A DNA stretch of 63,203 nt, filler included, from Reticulomyxa filosa (GCA_000512085.1; 20 parts of 20 records of this genome joined end to end with filler, not necessarily neighbours in it); one strand, 5' to 3'. Shown: positions 37,553 through 50,636, counted from the first letter of the whole stretch. The notes: a model not told the origin generated them from the sequence alone. Translations and numbers: made by a program.

Positions 37553-37701
37553 GGGGCGGGCATCATGAGGTGTGAGGCTGCTGCTTCGCGTCGATCGGCT
37601 GCGGGTTCCAATGCTTCATGCTCGCGAAGGCGCGCTATCGCTTCGGATAGCGCGGTCAGTTCATCGGACGCCGCCTCGAACTATTGGCGATGCTGTCATC
37701 C

Positions 37702-38770
37702 TTAAGCGCCTTCTTCCGCGATCAGCATGTCGCGCGCGGCGCGGAATGCATCTTGTAGCGCCGTCTGGTTCTCAAGGCCCTCGAGGGCGTAGCTGTTGAG
37801 AAACTGGCGGCCGGCGAAGAGCTTCCGGTCGACGGGGCTCAGTTCGGCCTGCGCGCAGACCTCTTGCCAGTGCGTGGCGATCGTCATGATCTGATGTTCG
37901 GCAATCGCAGCAGCTTCAGCTTCCTTCAGATGATAGTCCGGCGCGGCGGCAAGCAAAGCGGCCAGCGTGCTGGCGCGGCTATCGCCTTTGATAAGCATGG
38001 CTTGCGTGGCTTCATTGCCGGTCCGGCCTTGCGGGCAAATGTCATAGGCCGGCGTCAAGGTCAGCATCATCCCATCCCAGAACGCGGCATGATTGCGGGC
38101 ATGGTCGTCGGTATTGCCGCACAGAACGTTGAAGCAAATCCGCCCGTAGAGCTCTTTGAGCGTGTTCTTGGGCGCAGTGAAGCGATGGCGGATGAGTTCC
38201 GCCAGGTCTTCATAGGAGGCGTAGCGGGCCATCATCTCATCAAGGCCGAGCATGGTCAGGGCCGAGACCATCGCATGGCGCGTCCAGCCGTCCTTGGTAT
38301 GGTGGCGGTCAAAACGTCCGATCAGGAGAACGTCCTTGTGCGCAGCGCGCGTCATGGTGACTGTCGCGGCATTGAGGCCGCAGGCGCGTGCCAGGGTCAT
38401 CGCGATGAATTCCGCCTTCACCACACTGTAGGTGTCGTTGGTCGCGGAGAACTTGGCGATGTATTTCCTTGGGCCGTCATCAATGAGCGCCTTGGGGCGT
38501 GCGCCGCCGATCGACGTGCCGTGATTAAGGGCCTGGTCGAGCGCGGGGGGCAGGGGGCCGCCCTTTTCGATCAAGGCGGCCGCTTCCATGAGCTCGCCTA
38601 GTGAGGCTTGTGCGGCAAGGCGGGGGACGTACTCCGTGGCCGACGCCTGAAAATCGAGGGCTCCAATCCGGTCGGAGCCTGACTGAAGCAGAAAGGTCAG
38701 CTCGCTGATCGTTGGCACTCCGTCAGCGTCGGGCTTCCTGCCCGTCAGCCTGTTGATGATAACCCGGCGG
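37702..38770 (-). CDS. hipA: Bacterial HipA-family Ser/Thr kinase (type II toxin-like), N-terminus cut by the contig edge
   Basis: DRIGALDF, SIGGARPKA, YIAKF, GNTDDHARNH and LTPAYDI. GC-rich and intronless. Confidence 0.9.
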
Positions 38771-38919
38771 NNNNNNNNNNNNNNNNNNNNNNNNNNNNNN
38801 NNNNNNNNNNNNNNTTAATTAATTAANNNNNNNNNNNNNNNNNNNNNNNNNNNNNNNNNNNNNNNNNNNNTTTTTTTTTTTTTTGGTGTTTTCCACAGCA
38901 ATTGCGAATAATAATGACA

Positions 38920-40740
38920 ACAATAATAACAACAGGATAAAACAGAAGCGCTCGCTCGTGAAAAAAAGAGAGAGATGCTGGTGGAATTGATCGAGCACTT
39001 GTCGACCGCCAGGACATGGGCTTCGGATGACTCGTTGAAAGCAATAGTGTATATGATTCACTGCAACCTGTTCCGTCCATTACCACCCTCTTTGTACGGA
39101 GAAGATGGGTTTGACCCGGAAGAAGATGAACCTACTCATGATCCCGCTTGGTATTGATAATATTACATAAGTGAAGACCTTTTTTTCCCCCTTATGGCCC
39201 AAAATAATTCTTGCTTTAATTAAACCATAGTACCTACCTTGAGAACGAAGAGTTTTTTTTTTTGTGAGGCTGTCCACAATTTTCCATTTATTTTTTTTAA
39301 ATTGAATTTGAATTTTGAGTTTTTTAAATTAAAAAATAGGTGACTTGTAATTGGGTCATTTTTAGGAAAGGAAAAAAAAAAAGGGTCATAATTTCATAAA
39401 CACTGAACAACAAATAACACACAACACAATAAATAACAGGTAATAAATAACACAAAAAAATAGGGTGCACTTGCAATTTGTGTACGAGTTTTTATTGCGG
39501 TTTGTTGTAAGCAATAACACGGATGCGAAAATGTTGAAAAAGTTTATCGATCGTAAATTCCTACTTTCGATAATTGACCTATTCCAATCGGAAGATCCGC
39601 GAGAAAGGGACTATCTCAAAACCATATTACATCGCATCTATGGCAAGTTTATGAGCTTTCGCTCTTTTTTAAGAAAGGCTATCAATCATGTTTTCTTCAT
39701 GGTTATTTACAAGCAAGGCAAACACAACGGGTTAGCTGAACTTTTGGAAATTTTAGGTATTGTTTATATTTGGTACATACATAACCCCTCGTGGCAATAT
39801 GTGTATACATCAATATATATATTTATATTGATGTATATCATATCATTGAACACAATACAAGTGTATAATTTGTGATGGGGGAAATAGGAAGCATAATCAA
39901 TGGATTTGCAGTTCCATTGAAAGAGGAACACCAAGTCTTTTTGAAGAATGTGTTGATCCCTTTGCATAAAGTCCGAGGACTAAGTCAATTTCATGCGCAG
40001 CTGGCTTATTGTGTAGTACAATTCGTCGAAAAAGATCCCACTCTCTCATCTGTGATCATTCAGGGATTATTGCGCTTTTGGCCCATCACTTCGTGCAACA
40101 AAGAACTTTTATTTCTTAGCGAATTGGAAGAAGCGTTGGAGCTGACAGAACAGTCGTTATTTTACAAATTCCTTGTTTCGTACTGTTTACACACGCACAT
40201 TATTTTTGTTTGTGTGGCTTGAATATATCGCTTGCAATTTCACACAACACATTCAAAGAAACCTCTGTTCCTTCGAATTGCTGCTTGCATTGGTAGCTCT
40301 CACTTTCAAGTGGCAGAAAGGGCCTTATTTTTGTGGAATAACGACACCATTGCCACATTTATGAGTGATCACAGACAGGAAATTTTGCCAATGCTTTATC
40401 CTGCGTTGAAAAACAATTTGGAAACACATTGGAATACAACTGTTCATCAATTGAGCCAACACATTTTGCAACAGTTTAAAGATATGGACGCACAATTGTT
40501 TCAAAAAGTAGAAGCCCAATTCCTTGCCAATAAAGTTATGTACTTTTTTGATATTTTAATTTCGTACATATGTATTTCTCTCCTCTTCAATAGACCGCAA
40601 AAGATGAAAAAAGAAAGTTGAAATGGAAGGCTATTGAAAAACAAGGACAAACAAAAGGAGATCCTTACGTTCAACCCACGAAAATGTCTGGATAAGACAA
40701 GAAACAAAAAAAGGCAAGAGGGAGGCAACCAAGAATATAG
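38920..40740 (+). CDS. PPP2R5: PP2A regulatory subunit B' (B56), multi-exon, 5'-truncated
   Basis: [62 protein letters not shown] and HFQVAERAL. Confidence 0.95.
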
Positions 40741-42015
40741 AATAAAACAAAATTACAACAAAAAGTGACGTCATTATTGTATGCAGCTATGATGTGAGTG
40801 TGTTGCCTGTTAAATTGAAAGGCAAAGGAGGGTGAAAGGTATCTAGCGAATTGGGTTTTTTTTTTGTTGTTTGTTTTTAGGAAACGAGGGAATGCCAAGG
40901 AGAATAAAATTGTAGTTACAAAATGATATTCAAATTTCAATCATTTTGTAATTGTGTTGAAGTTGTTTTTTAAATATGTGAAATTTGTGGACAATTTATT
41001 CTGACAACAATCGTCAATGTTTGGGTTTGTGAACAATCAATACAACAATCGTTCAATAATTTTTTTTACTTTTTTTATTTTTTTATTTTTTTTTTCCGTT
41101 TGTTTTCAAGGTTTTCACGTTCTTCATAATAAAAAAGTTTTTTGTTTGTTTTCTTTACAAGTGTAAATATTATATCTGTCGCTGTAATAGTCCTCGTTAG
41201 ATAAAATTGAAAGATATAAAGAAAAAATAAAAAAGCAGAAACATCATAAAGTTAGTCCATTGTTCTAAGACCTACGTTTATGACGTCCCTACTTTCAACA
41301 AGCACAAAAAAAAAATCTAGTAAATTTTGCGGTTCTTCATATTTGTTTCTGTACATACTTTTAGTAATCGTTCCTTTTGAATAATTTAATATTTTTCCAC
41401 TTCTGCGCAGCATCCACGTAACAATTAATCCGTAATAAAGGATGAGCCGAAATAACGAGGTAACTTCAACCAGTTCAATTTTTGCGAGCAAAAATCAAAG
41501 TTTGATTGGTTGACTGTGTTTCTTTGATACTTTTGATGTTCTTAAAAATGAACGAAAATAATTGGTTTGAATTCAAAACGGCATAACGTCCACTGGAATA
41601 TCCAAATGGGTTCATCAAAACACGTTGCATTGCGCTAAATGGTATTTTGAGAGGAAGAGAAGAAGAGTGTAGGAGGAAATAATAAAAAGAGTTGTTTAAC
41701 ATGAAAAAAATTTTGCTAATAAAAAAAACAGGAAAAAAATGGGATGCTTAATTTTTTGGGGGGTTGTGCTCATCAAGACCAAAAAAGCGACCCCTTTCAA
41801 GAATGAAGTGGTGAGCAAAGAAGCACAACGAACGGGCTACCGAGGCGCACCAAAACCATTCAAGGCGACAGTTGTGGTAAGAATTTTTGTCTTTTGTCAT
41901 TTTACGCTCACACTACTTTTCACAAATGATACGACAAAAAAAAAGATTATACGTTTTTTTTTTTTTATGACTACCAAATAAAAAAAAGTCTAGTGGCCAT
42001 GCAGACGAGCCGTTT

Positions 42016-43506
42016 ATGAGTGGTGGTGGTAACTTGAAGACAGTATCAACAGCAGGAAAGTCGTCAAGCGCAGCAACAATGACAGGTCAGCATGTAGAAA
42101 CAAGCAAATTGAAAACAATAGCAGGAAAAGACGACAAAGCAATATTAAAGTTGATAGAGACGGATGAAGAAACGCAAAAGCAATCCCAATCTAAATCGCA
42201 ATTGCATTCTCAATCCCAAACCCAAGTTCAATCTTCTCAATCTCAGTTTCTTTCTCAATCCCAAAGTGAGGAGGCGAAAGTTGAGAACGCAGAAGAATCA
42301 GCCAGTGCGCCTTTGCCCGAACCAGAGGTTTGGGACGGTCCGTTGAACAGCTTCAATACGTATACAAGTACGAAGAGCCCGCGGGAGTGTGTGAAAGCAA
42401 TCGAAGAGTCGTTGCAATATTTGGAGACGAAAGGACTGGTGGATTGGGAATTGCAAGGATACAATGCAATGGGACGGATGTATCATAAGTATGATATGAG
42501 TGAATACATGGTTAATGTGTATATAATAGTCAATGACAATGACAACGATAATAACAATGAACACAATCAATCGGTTATTGAAATTCGTCGGTCAAGCGGT
42601 GATACATTTGTTCACGATGAGTTCTTTCGTCAAGTGTCCAAATACTTGCAAGATAAACATATATTGCAACGCAGTAACGAAGACAGTGGCATGGCCAACT
42701 TTGATTTGTCGTTGGCATTGGACCCCTTGTCTCTTGATTTTTTGCAGGACTTGCCACTATTAAGTGACGACTTTACCGATGGCACTACAACAACAGCCAT
42801 ACTCTCTTTATCAACTGTCAATGAACTTGCAAGCTCTTCACAAGAATCAACGACAGATGTTACCACCTCCAGTACTGAACATTTAGCTCATGAGTTGCTC
42901 GATGTCGTCACTAACAGATGGTCTTATCGTGAAGTCTTTCGCCATTCCACAGGACTGCTTTGCCAAGCCTTGACCGATAATGTCCAGTTGCTGTCTTATG
43001 TGGCCAGTCAAGATGACATTGTTCGAAGATTGGTCAAACCTTTGACCGAAGACTTATACGACACTTTAATTGTTTGTTTTTTCTTTTTAAAAAAAAGGGA
43101 GAGGGAGTGTTTGTGAGTTTTTTTCCCAAAATGTCCCCTCTACTTCTTTTAATCTTTTTTTGAAATTCTCTTCTCTCACTATCGCAGCTTCGCAATGTAC
43201 TGGAAGTAGTGAAACAGTTATTGCAGTACGAAAATCCCCAAGTAGCTGTGTATGAAGACTGTGACACTGACATTACCAAAATCAAAAATATATGGAAACT
43301 TGGGCCTCAACATCAAGCTATCGAGGTAAATGTGTTACTTTCTTCGTTTCTGTTTGTTTCACTATCACTACTGCTTCTTGTCATTAATTTATCTTTGTTG
43401 TTTGACCACACATACGTACAATACAAACAAGGTGAAGTTTACAAGATCTCAACAAGTCGAAAAAGTTTGCACTGAGTGTTTGGAATTGTTGCAAAAACGT
43501 TTTTAA
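42016..43506 (+). CDS. Hypothetical protein with a KA1-like domain; multi-exon, possible upstream exon ~41800-41877
   Basis: TYTSTKSPRECVKAIEESL...VNVY...VIEIRRSSGDTFVHDEFFRQV resembles the kinase-associated-1 pattern. Confidence 0.5.
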
Positions 43507-43919
43507 TTGTAAGATGAAAAAAGAAAAACAATAAAAAATAAAATAAAGCCATACAAAAGAGGAGTTGGCTTTGCCATTTGGGAAATAAAGTCAACACAGA
43601 TTTTGTTGTGTACTGAATGACAAATCGAGATGTTTTTTGTGAATAGAACGAAACATAACGAAGGCATAAAGTTTTTTATAACGCAAAAAAAATCAGCACT
43701 AGCATTAACAATTGCGGCTCTTGTCAACTCTACAAATATTTCAAATTTCTGTTTTGATAGAAACCAATTTCATTCTCTTGCACATTAACACAACGAATGT
43801 AGATATTCCACTATTTTGTAAAAAGGCTTCTGTTGGTTACTTAAAAAAAAGGCAAAACTCGCTTAACTTTTCCAAAAGAATTTTCTAAAATCATTTTATC
43901 GTGAAACAAATCTACAACT

Positions 43920-44443
43920 ATGGTAATTTCTTTTTGCATTTTTGTTTGATTCAAACCAATATCTTAACTGCTTTTACAGGCCCAGGACTCGCATAAAGAC
44001 TCGTCAGTGAAGATAATTAAAACCTTACAAGATTGGGCTAATTTCAAAAAGGCAACAAAAACAAAATTAGTATGCAATTTTATGTATTTTTGTTTCAATT
44101 TTTTTACTAGTTGACTTTTTTTTTAACGCCAAAGGTTGTTATCGATTTTTTCGCTGACCGGTGCAGCCCTTGTAGAAGAATAAGCCCTATTTTTATCAAG
44201 TTGAGCGAGGAGAATAAAGACATTGTTTTTGTCAAATTCGATACCGATGCGTTCCAAGCCGATACCGATGCGTTCCAAGCCGATACCAAGACCGATAAGG
44301 TAGATAACCCATTGACAACATTTGATATCCAAAGCATTCCAACGTTTGTTACCCTGAAAAATGGAACACAAGTGAAGAAAATTGTCGGTGCTGACGAAGA
44401 GAGCTTGAAAAACATTATTTCCGACCTCGCTGCTAGAAAGTAA
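43920..44443 (+). CDS. Thioredoxin, atypical; exons 43920-43922 (ATG only), 43980-44069 and 44135-44443
   Basis: VVIDFFADRCSPCRRISP, VFVKFD, IQSIPTF and KIVGAD. Both introns are GT-AG, phase 0. Confidence 0.88.
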
Positions 44444-45419
44444 ATTTTTCCGTTTTTTGTTCAGAATTTTTTGGGAAAACACTTGTGATTTCCTTTACGC
44501 ATGACATGCCATTTTTCAATCAGTTCAATAATTGATTTTTATCTTTTGAAATTTAGAAGCTGTAACGCTAAATAAATGTTCTATTGTTGGCCATCAATCT
44601 TTGTTATTGAGTTTTAAAAATAAAAAGGAAGTTTTTGGTGCAAGAAAGAAAAATTCTATCTTCTCAGAGATGTAACCGATATAAATAATCATCAAATACA
44701 GCATGTTTGAAAATTCATATAATATCTACGCATGTCATAGAATCCAAAAAAATTTGATTTTTAATAAAAATGTAGAAAATCAAATTGAATTTTCTAATAT
44801 ATGTAAATATTGTTCAGAAAAAAATTTGAATAAATATTGATTTTTTATGAATAAACACATAAATTGTTTAAATGTGTTCATTTTTGTGGATTTTTTTTAG
44901 CTGTTGGTTGTCGTTTTTGTATTTTCTGTTTTCATTATCAACAACAGATTTTTAATTAAGTTCATGTATGTAAAATTTAAAGGGAAACTAAATACTTTGA
45001 ATCGTTTTGTTCAAACTTGTGGGACTTGTGAGAAGACTAAGTGTAATACGAATGGAACTTGGTTCCAAAAGAACAACTTCGGTAAAAGAAAGTAAATTAA
45101 AAAATGAATAATGACAACTAAAAAGGAGAGAAACAAGTACAAAGAGAGAAAAGTGAGTTGTGTTGAGAAGAGGGTTTTAACCCACAGGGGGTCCCACCGT
45201 TCCGTTAGTAGTTGGGGATTTATAATAGGGACTTTCACTACAAACTGGTCATTTCTAATTATAATTCATTATAACTACCTTTTAAATTAATTTTGCTTTC
45301 ATCAGAAAAAAGTACTTTTTTCAATTATCGAATGTCAATTCATTGTACTTTTTTGCAATAATTTAGTCATTTTTAAAAATCAAAATGATTAAAAATTTCA
45401 AATATCGAACTATACTAAA

Positions 45420-46140
45420 AAAAAATAAAGAACATCAAAGATCTAATAAAAAACAAAAATGATATTTAAAAATTACACGATTTGTAAAGTTTTTTTTAAA
45501 ATAGACATGTAATTTTTTCATGAAGAAAATCTATATAAAGTATCGTTTTATGTGCAAACTTTCTTTTGCATTCTACTGTATATTGGATTAAAAAAGGAAG
45601 TTACAGTTGCGACAACGAAAAGTACAATAATCCTAAAAAGCACAATATCGACAGATTTTTTGGTAAATTCCAATCGCCGTACAAAAGTAAGCAATTTTAA
45701 TCACTAAACCATAACACTTTTAGTGATACAAATTTTTGATACAAGCAAATAGTTATTTAACACAAATTGTTTTCCGCATGAAAAATTACTACTAAAGACA
45801 AAAAAAGTGGTCTGTATATGATTATATACAAAAGATACGATTGATTTATACAGATAAATGCACGACCGCTATAGATATTGCCAGACAAAGACAGAAACTG
45901 AACATTCCAAAACTAGGTTTGACTACAATAAGACGAATTTAAAATTACAGTGTTTAAATACAGTAAGATAAAAAAGAAAGTTGACACCTAAAATGCCACC
46001 TTATAGAGATGATTGTGTTTCTCCATGAAAAAACAACATTTAATCAAAATTTTTTTTATTTAAAAAAATATCTACGAATCGTGTAGTTTTTAAATATCAT
46101 TTTGGTTTTTTATCAAGTCTTTATAATTTTTATTCTTTCA
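45420..46140. mobile_element. Putative non-autonomous element (MITE-like) bounded by ~110-bp imperfect inverted repeats
   Basis: 45420-45530 (…AAAATGATATTTAAAAATTACACGATTTGTA…TTTTTCATG) matches the reverse complement of 46020-46140. A third related copy lies at ~46290-46400. Confidence 0.5.
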
Positions 46141-47317
46141 TTTGATTTGGTAAAATTTCTTAAAAAAAGTTNNNNNNNNNNNNNNNNNNNNNNNNNNNNN
46201 NNNNNNNNNNNNNNNTTAATTAATTAANNNNNNNNNNNNNNNNNNNNNNNNNNNNNNNNNNNNNNNNNNNNGATTTCATCCAACAAAAAAAAAAGTTATT
46301 AAAAAATCAATATCATATTTAAAAACTACAAGACTTGTAGATATTTTTAAAAAAAAAATTAGGTCTAAATGTTGATTTTTCATTTAGAAAATCAATTATC
46401 ATCATAAGATATGTTTTATGCGTTCAGTTTTCTTTGCAACATACTTTATTTCAATACTTTCATTGTTTGTATATGTTGTAGACAAAACTATACTTATTTT
46501 CTTTGCATTTGGCAAATGCTATTGTTCAATATTTGTACTTTGCATATATTTCGCATTTGAAAATGTATTTATAAATTATTCACTTTTGATATTACTATTG
46601 TTACACTTTTTGACTTTCTTTGACATCGATTATCTAGTAGCTTAATATATTTGTTTATATATACGTATATGTTTCTTTCGCTCATTGTCGTAGCAAACAC
46701 ACGAAAATTCGCATTACAAAATCAAATATTTTGCAAAAATTTAATCAAAGAAAGTGATCCTAACAAATACTTACACTACTCGTTTGTAGTGCAAATCATT
46801 ACATGGTAAGATCGGATCTCCAAATGAATTAGTGAACTTTTTTTCACAAAACGCAGTCGATCATGTTTTATTTGTTTCTTTTTTGTTGGAATACACTTAG
46901 TGTCGCGTCTACACTGTCGTCACGTCGAGAATGTCTTTTACAAAACGAAAGAAAATTAAATAATAAAGAATAACTAAAACACAACACAAACACGTAAAGT
47001 AAGAATTTTTTGTGGAAAGAGGTTTTCACGTTCAGTGTGAATGTTACCTTGCGGTTAGTGTTATATTACCCTGTGCACAAATAGCATTTATTATCTATAA
47101 AAAAATATAAATTTTAGATTACTGTATAAATAAAATTTAATTAAACTAACGGCTTAATTATGTGCTGTTTGACGTGCTAGTAGCAAGTATACTGAATATC
47201 AACACCATGTGCGTAGAGTGAGTTTTTTTCCCCTTTCTAAAATTGCGGTCATTAATTCTCAATTATCGAAGCGAAAAATATTTTGTGTTAAGAACATGCA
47301 AATTTTCAGTTAAATTA

Positions 47318-49389
47318 ATGATGAAAACCCTTGGTAACGTAACAACCTCCTTGAGCATTCGCTCAAGACAATATTTAAAGTCAAGATACACAAGTCAACA
47401 ATGTTGCGTTGATCAAACATCAATGCAACAACTAGCAGTGCCATTTTCTAAGCAGGCGTTGGACGAAATAAATAAACTTAGCCAACTGAGTAGCAACACT
47501 CAACAAGACCAAGATCAAAAACAACAGCACCAGCACCACCAACAGCAAACACAATCCCACACGCAAACGACCCGTCCGGTATTCCTTCCTTCATATACAT
47601 TTTATCGCCGGAACCTGCCATGTCCACCAGCAATCGAATTTGGAAGCGAGAGCGGTCGAAAGTTGTTCCGAGAGGCATTGGATGAGGGTTACATGGAAGG
47701 TTATTTTGCATTGTCGCAACAGTTTCGAACACAAGACGAGCCATGTACAGTTTTTTTTTTAACTTTTTTTTTTTTTTTTTGTTTTTTTTTTGTGTTTTGT
47801 CTTTTGTTGTGTTCGTCCATTTATTTGTGCAAAAAAAAAAAAAAAAAAAAAAGGGGGTTTTTTTTTTTAACTTTTTTTTTTTTTTTTTTTTTTTTTGTGC
47901 ATGTGATTAAAAAAAAAAAGCATACTGTGGTTTGTCAACATTGACAATGGTATTGAACACATTAAATATGGACCCGAAGAGAGTTTGGAAAGGCCCTTGG
48001 CGGTGGTACACCGAAGAGATGTTGGATTGCTGCAGTCCATTGGAAGTGATCAAACAGAACGGGATAACGTATGACGAGTTTGTGTGTTTGGCACAATGCA
48101 ACGGGCTATCGGTGGACGTGAAGAAGCCATTGCGACAAGTGACGTACAATAATTGCAAGCACAAGAAAGAGAGCAACAGCAACAGTAGCAGTAGTGATAT
48201 TGTGGAAGAACGCGACTTCAAGAATGGCAAGTCGTTGGAAGAGTTCCGCAAAGATGTCATTAGTGCATGTAAACATGACCATGGACCAATTGTCATATGC
48301 AGTTACTCCAGAATAGAGTTCAGCCAAACGGGAGACGGACACTTTACATGCATCGGAGGATACCATCCCAAACAAGACTTGCTGCTGGTCATGGATGTCG
48401 CAAGATACAAATATCCACCCCATTGGGTGCCTTTGGAAATGATGTATAAATCCATGTGTCGAACAGACCCTGTCACAGGTACACTAATTTGTCACGCGGA
48501 TTTTTTTTTTTTTGATACGTAACAATATATACATATATACATATATACATATATATATTTATTTATTTATTTATTTATAGGGAGCAGCAGAGGATGGATG
48601 GTGGTGAGACCGCAACCCGAATCCAAACCTCTATTCTTTACTGTCAACGAATCTGTCACTCATATCAACAAAGAACCCGACGCTCTGAAAAGCAAACCCG
48701 AAGATTACAACCCTGCTCCTTCCAAGGTCGATTACGACATTGCCAAGATCTATTACACTCAACTTTCCAATGCCTTGTGCGACCACCAATGCCAGTGCAA
48801 AGACAATGTCAAGGACGCCCTGGAGTGCCTGTTCCTCAACCTGCCTTTGCCCATCACCGAAATTTTCACCAACTACGGCGAAAAGTTTGGCCTTTCCTTG
48901 AGTCAGCAAGACCGAGACATTCGAGACAACATTCTCAATGGAATAAGACATACCCCCATCTATGCCGTTATCAAAGATATTTTCAATCAAAATGGTATGT
49001 GACATGTTTGTCTATCATATGCATATGGATATATGATATTACATATTTATGTATACATATACATATATACATATATATACATATATATATATATATATGC
49101 ATATATATGTGTATGCTTTTGTGTGCTTCAAGAATCGTTGTTCCAAAACTCTGGAGAATATCGGGTTGACACGGCTACGCTCCTCGTTCTTATTATTCCT
49201 GACGCTGTGTGGAGAAAAATTTCTTGGAAAATTTCCGAGAAAATTATTCAAATGACTAAAATAGATCCCAAATATTCCGCTTTAATACATGAAATCAAAG
49301 CACTTCGCCATCAATTGCGGTTCTTACGCGACCTAAAGTTACAGGCTGCTTGTGCCAATAAGTGTTATGCTTGCAAAACTAAAACGTAA
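47318..49389 (+). CDS. PCS: Phytochelatin synthase; exons ~47318-47744, 47921-~48478, ~48581-48993 and ~49132-49389
   Basis: FYRRNLP, FRTQDEP/SYCGL (catalytic Cys), WKGPWRW, GDGHF (His), [13 protein letters not shown] (Asp) and a Cys-rich C-terminus. Confidence 0.95.
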
Positions 49390-49776
49390 ACCTAGTTTAT
49401 ATCGTGTGTCTGGTTGTTTGTTTTTCTAGACCTAATTTTTTTTTCTTTTTTTTTTTTTTGCTTGTTTTGTTCCGTTTTTTGGTTGATGGTTTCTTTTTTT
49501 GTTTTGAAAACCATCTGGCAACTTGCAAGCTAATACAACTTTCGTAACAGCATTATCATTTGGAACCTACTTGTTCACGTACAACAACTTAAACTCAAAC
49601 TTTTTTTTGAACTTAAAAAGTACTGGGGTCCTGGCGAGACGGTTCAACGCCAAAAAAAAATCCACTGCATTTGGATACTTGTTGAAATTCGATATTTTTT
49701 ATTAACTTACTTGCTATACCATTTTTGTGCGTAACAACATTATCCTTGGTTTTTAAAAATCCAATCTAAATTCCTG

Positions 49777-50536
49777 ATGAGTAACCAGGAAAGTTCCAGT
49801 CCCAAGTTTGTTGTCCCAACGAAGTCAACATCAGACAAGAGAGACTATCGGATAATCCAATTAAAAAAATGGTCTGGATTGCATTTTGGTGTCTGATCCA
49901 GAGACAGAAAAGGCTGCAGGAGGTATTATAAAGAGAAGAAAGGGATTTCCAAAGTGGAAAAAATTTGTCGACTAGTTTTTATTTTTTTGTTTTTTTTAAA
50001 AAAAAGAGTAACAAAAGAAAAAGTTTTCTTTTCGTGTCCCCTTTTATTTATAAGAGTGATTTTCACTCGATTGTTTGTCAATATAACACAACATAGCATT
50101 GAGTGTGAACGTTGGGCATTTTTCGGATCCAGAGGAGGTCCCTGGTTTGGCCCATTTTTTGGAGCACGTAAGGAGAAAAAAAATTTTTTTTTTTTTTTCC
50201 AACAACTTAAAAAAAAAAAAAAAAAAGGGGGAGTTTTTTTTTTTTTTTAAATGTTTGATGTTATGGGGGGGGGGGCATAAAAAAGATGCTGTTTTTAGGA
50301 ACTGAAAAGTATCCAGATGAACAAGAGTACAACCGTTATTTGAAAGACCATGGCGGTGGTGATAATGCGGCAACGGCGATGAAATGGACGTGTTATCAGT
50401 TTGACGTGCACCGAGACCATTTGGCGGGCGCGTTGGACCGTTTTGCGCAGTTTTTTATCGCGCCGTTGTTCACCGAGTCGGCGACGGACCGTGAAATGAA
50501 AGCCGTGAACAGCGAAAACGAAAACAACTTGCAAAA
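49777..50536 (+). CDS. M16A insulinase / insulin-degrading enzyme-like, N-terminal exons (A-run frameshift near 49865)
   Basis: SDKRDYR, VSDPETEKAA, GLAHFLEH/MLFLGTEKYP (HxxEH), ALDRFAQFF and REMKAVNSE. Confidence 0.93.
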
Positions 50537-50636
50537 NNNNNNNNNNNNNNNNNNNNNNNNNNNNNNNNNNNNNNNNNNNNTTAATTAATTAANNNNNNNN
50601 NNNNNNNNNNNNNNNNNNNNNNNNNNNNNNNNNNNN

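Noticed and set aside
45160-45250. GC-enriched island as a possible ncRNA
   Set aside because: No recognisable tRNA, snRNA or snoRNA motif and no convincing fold.
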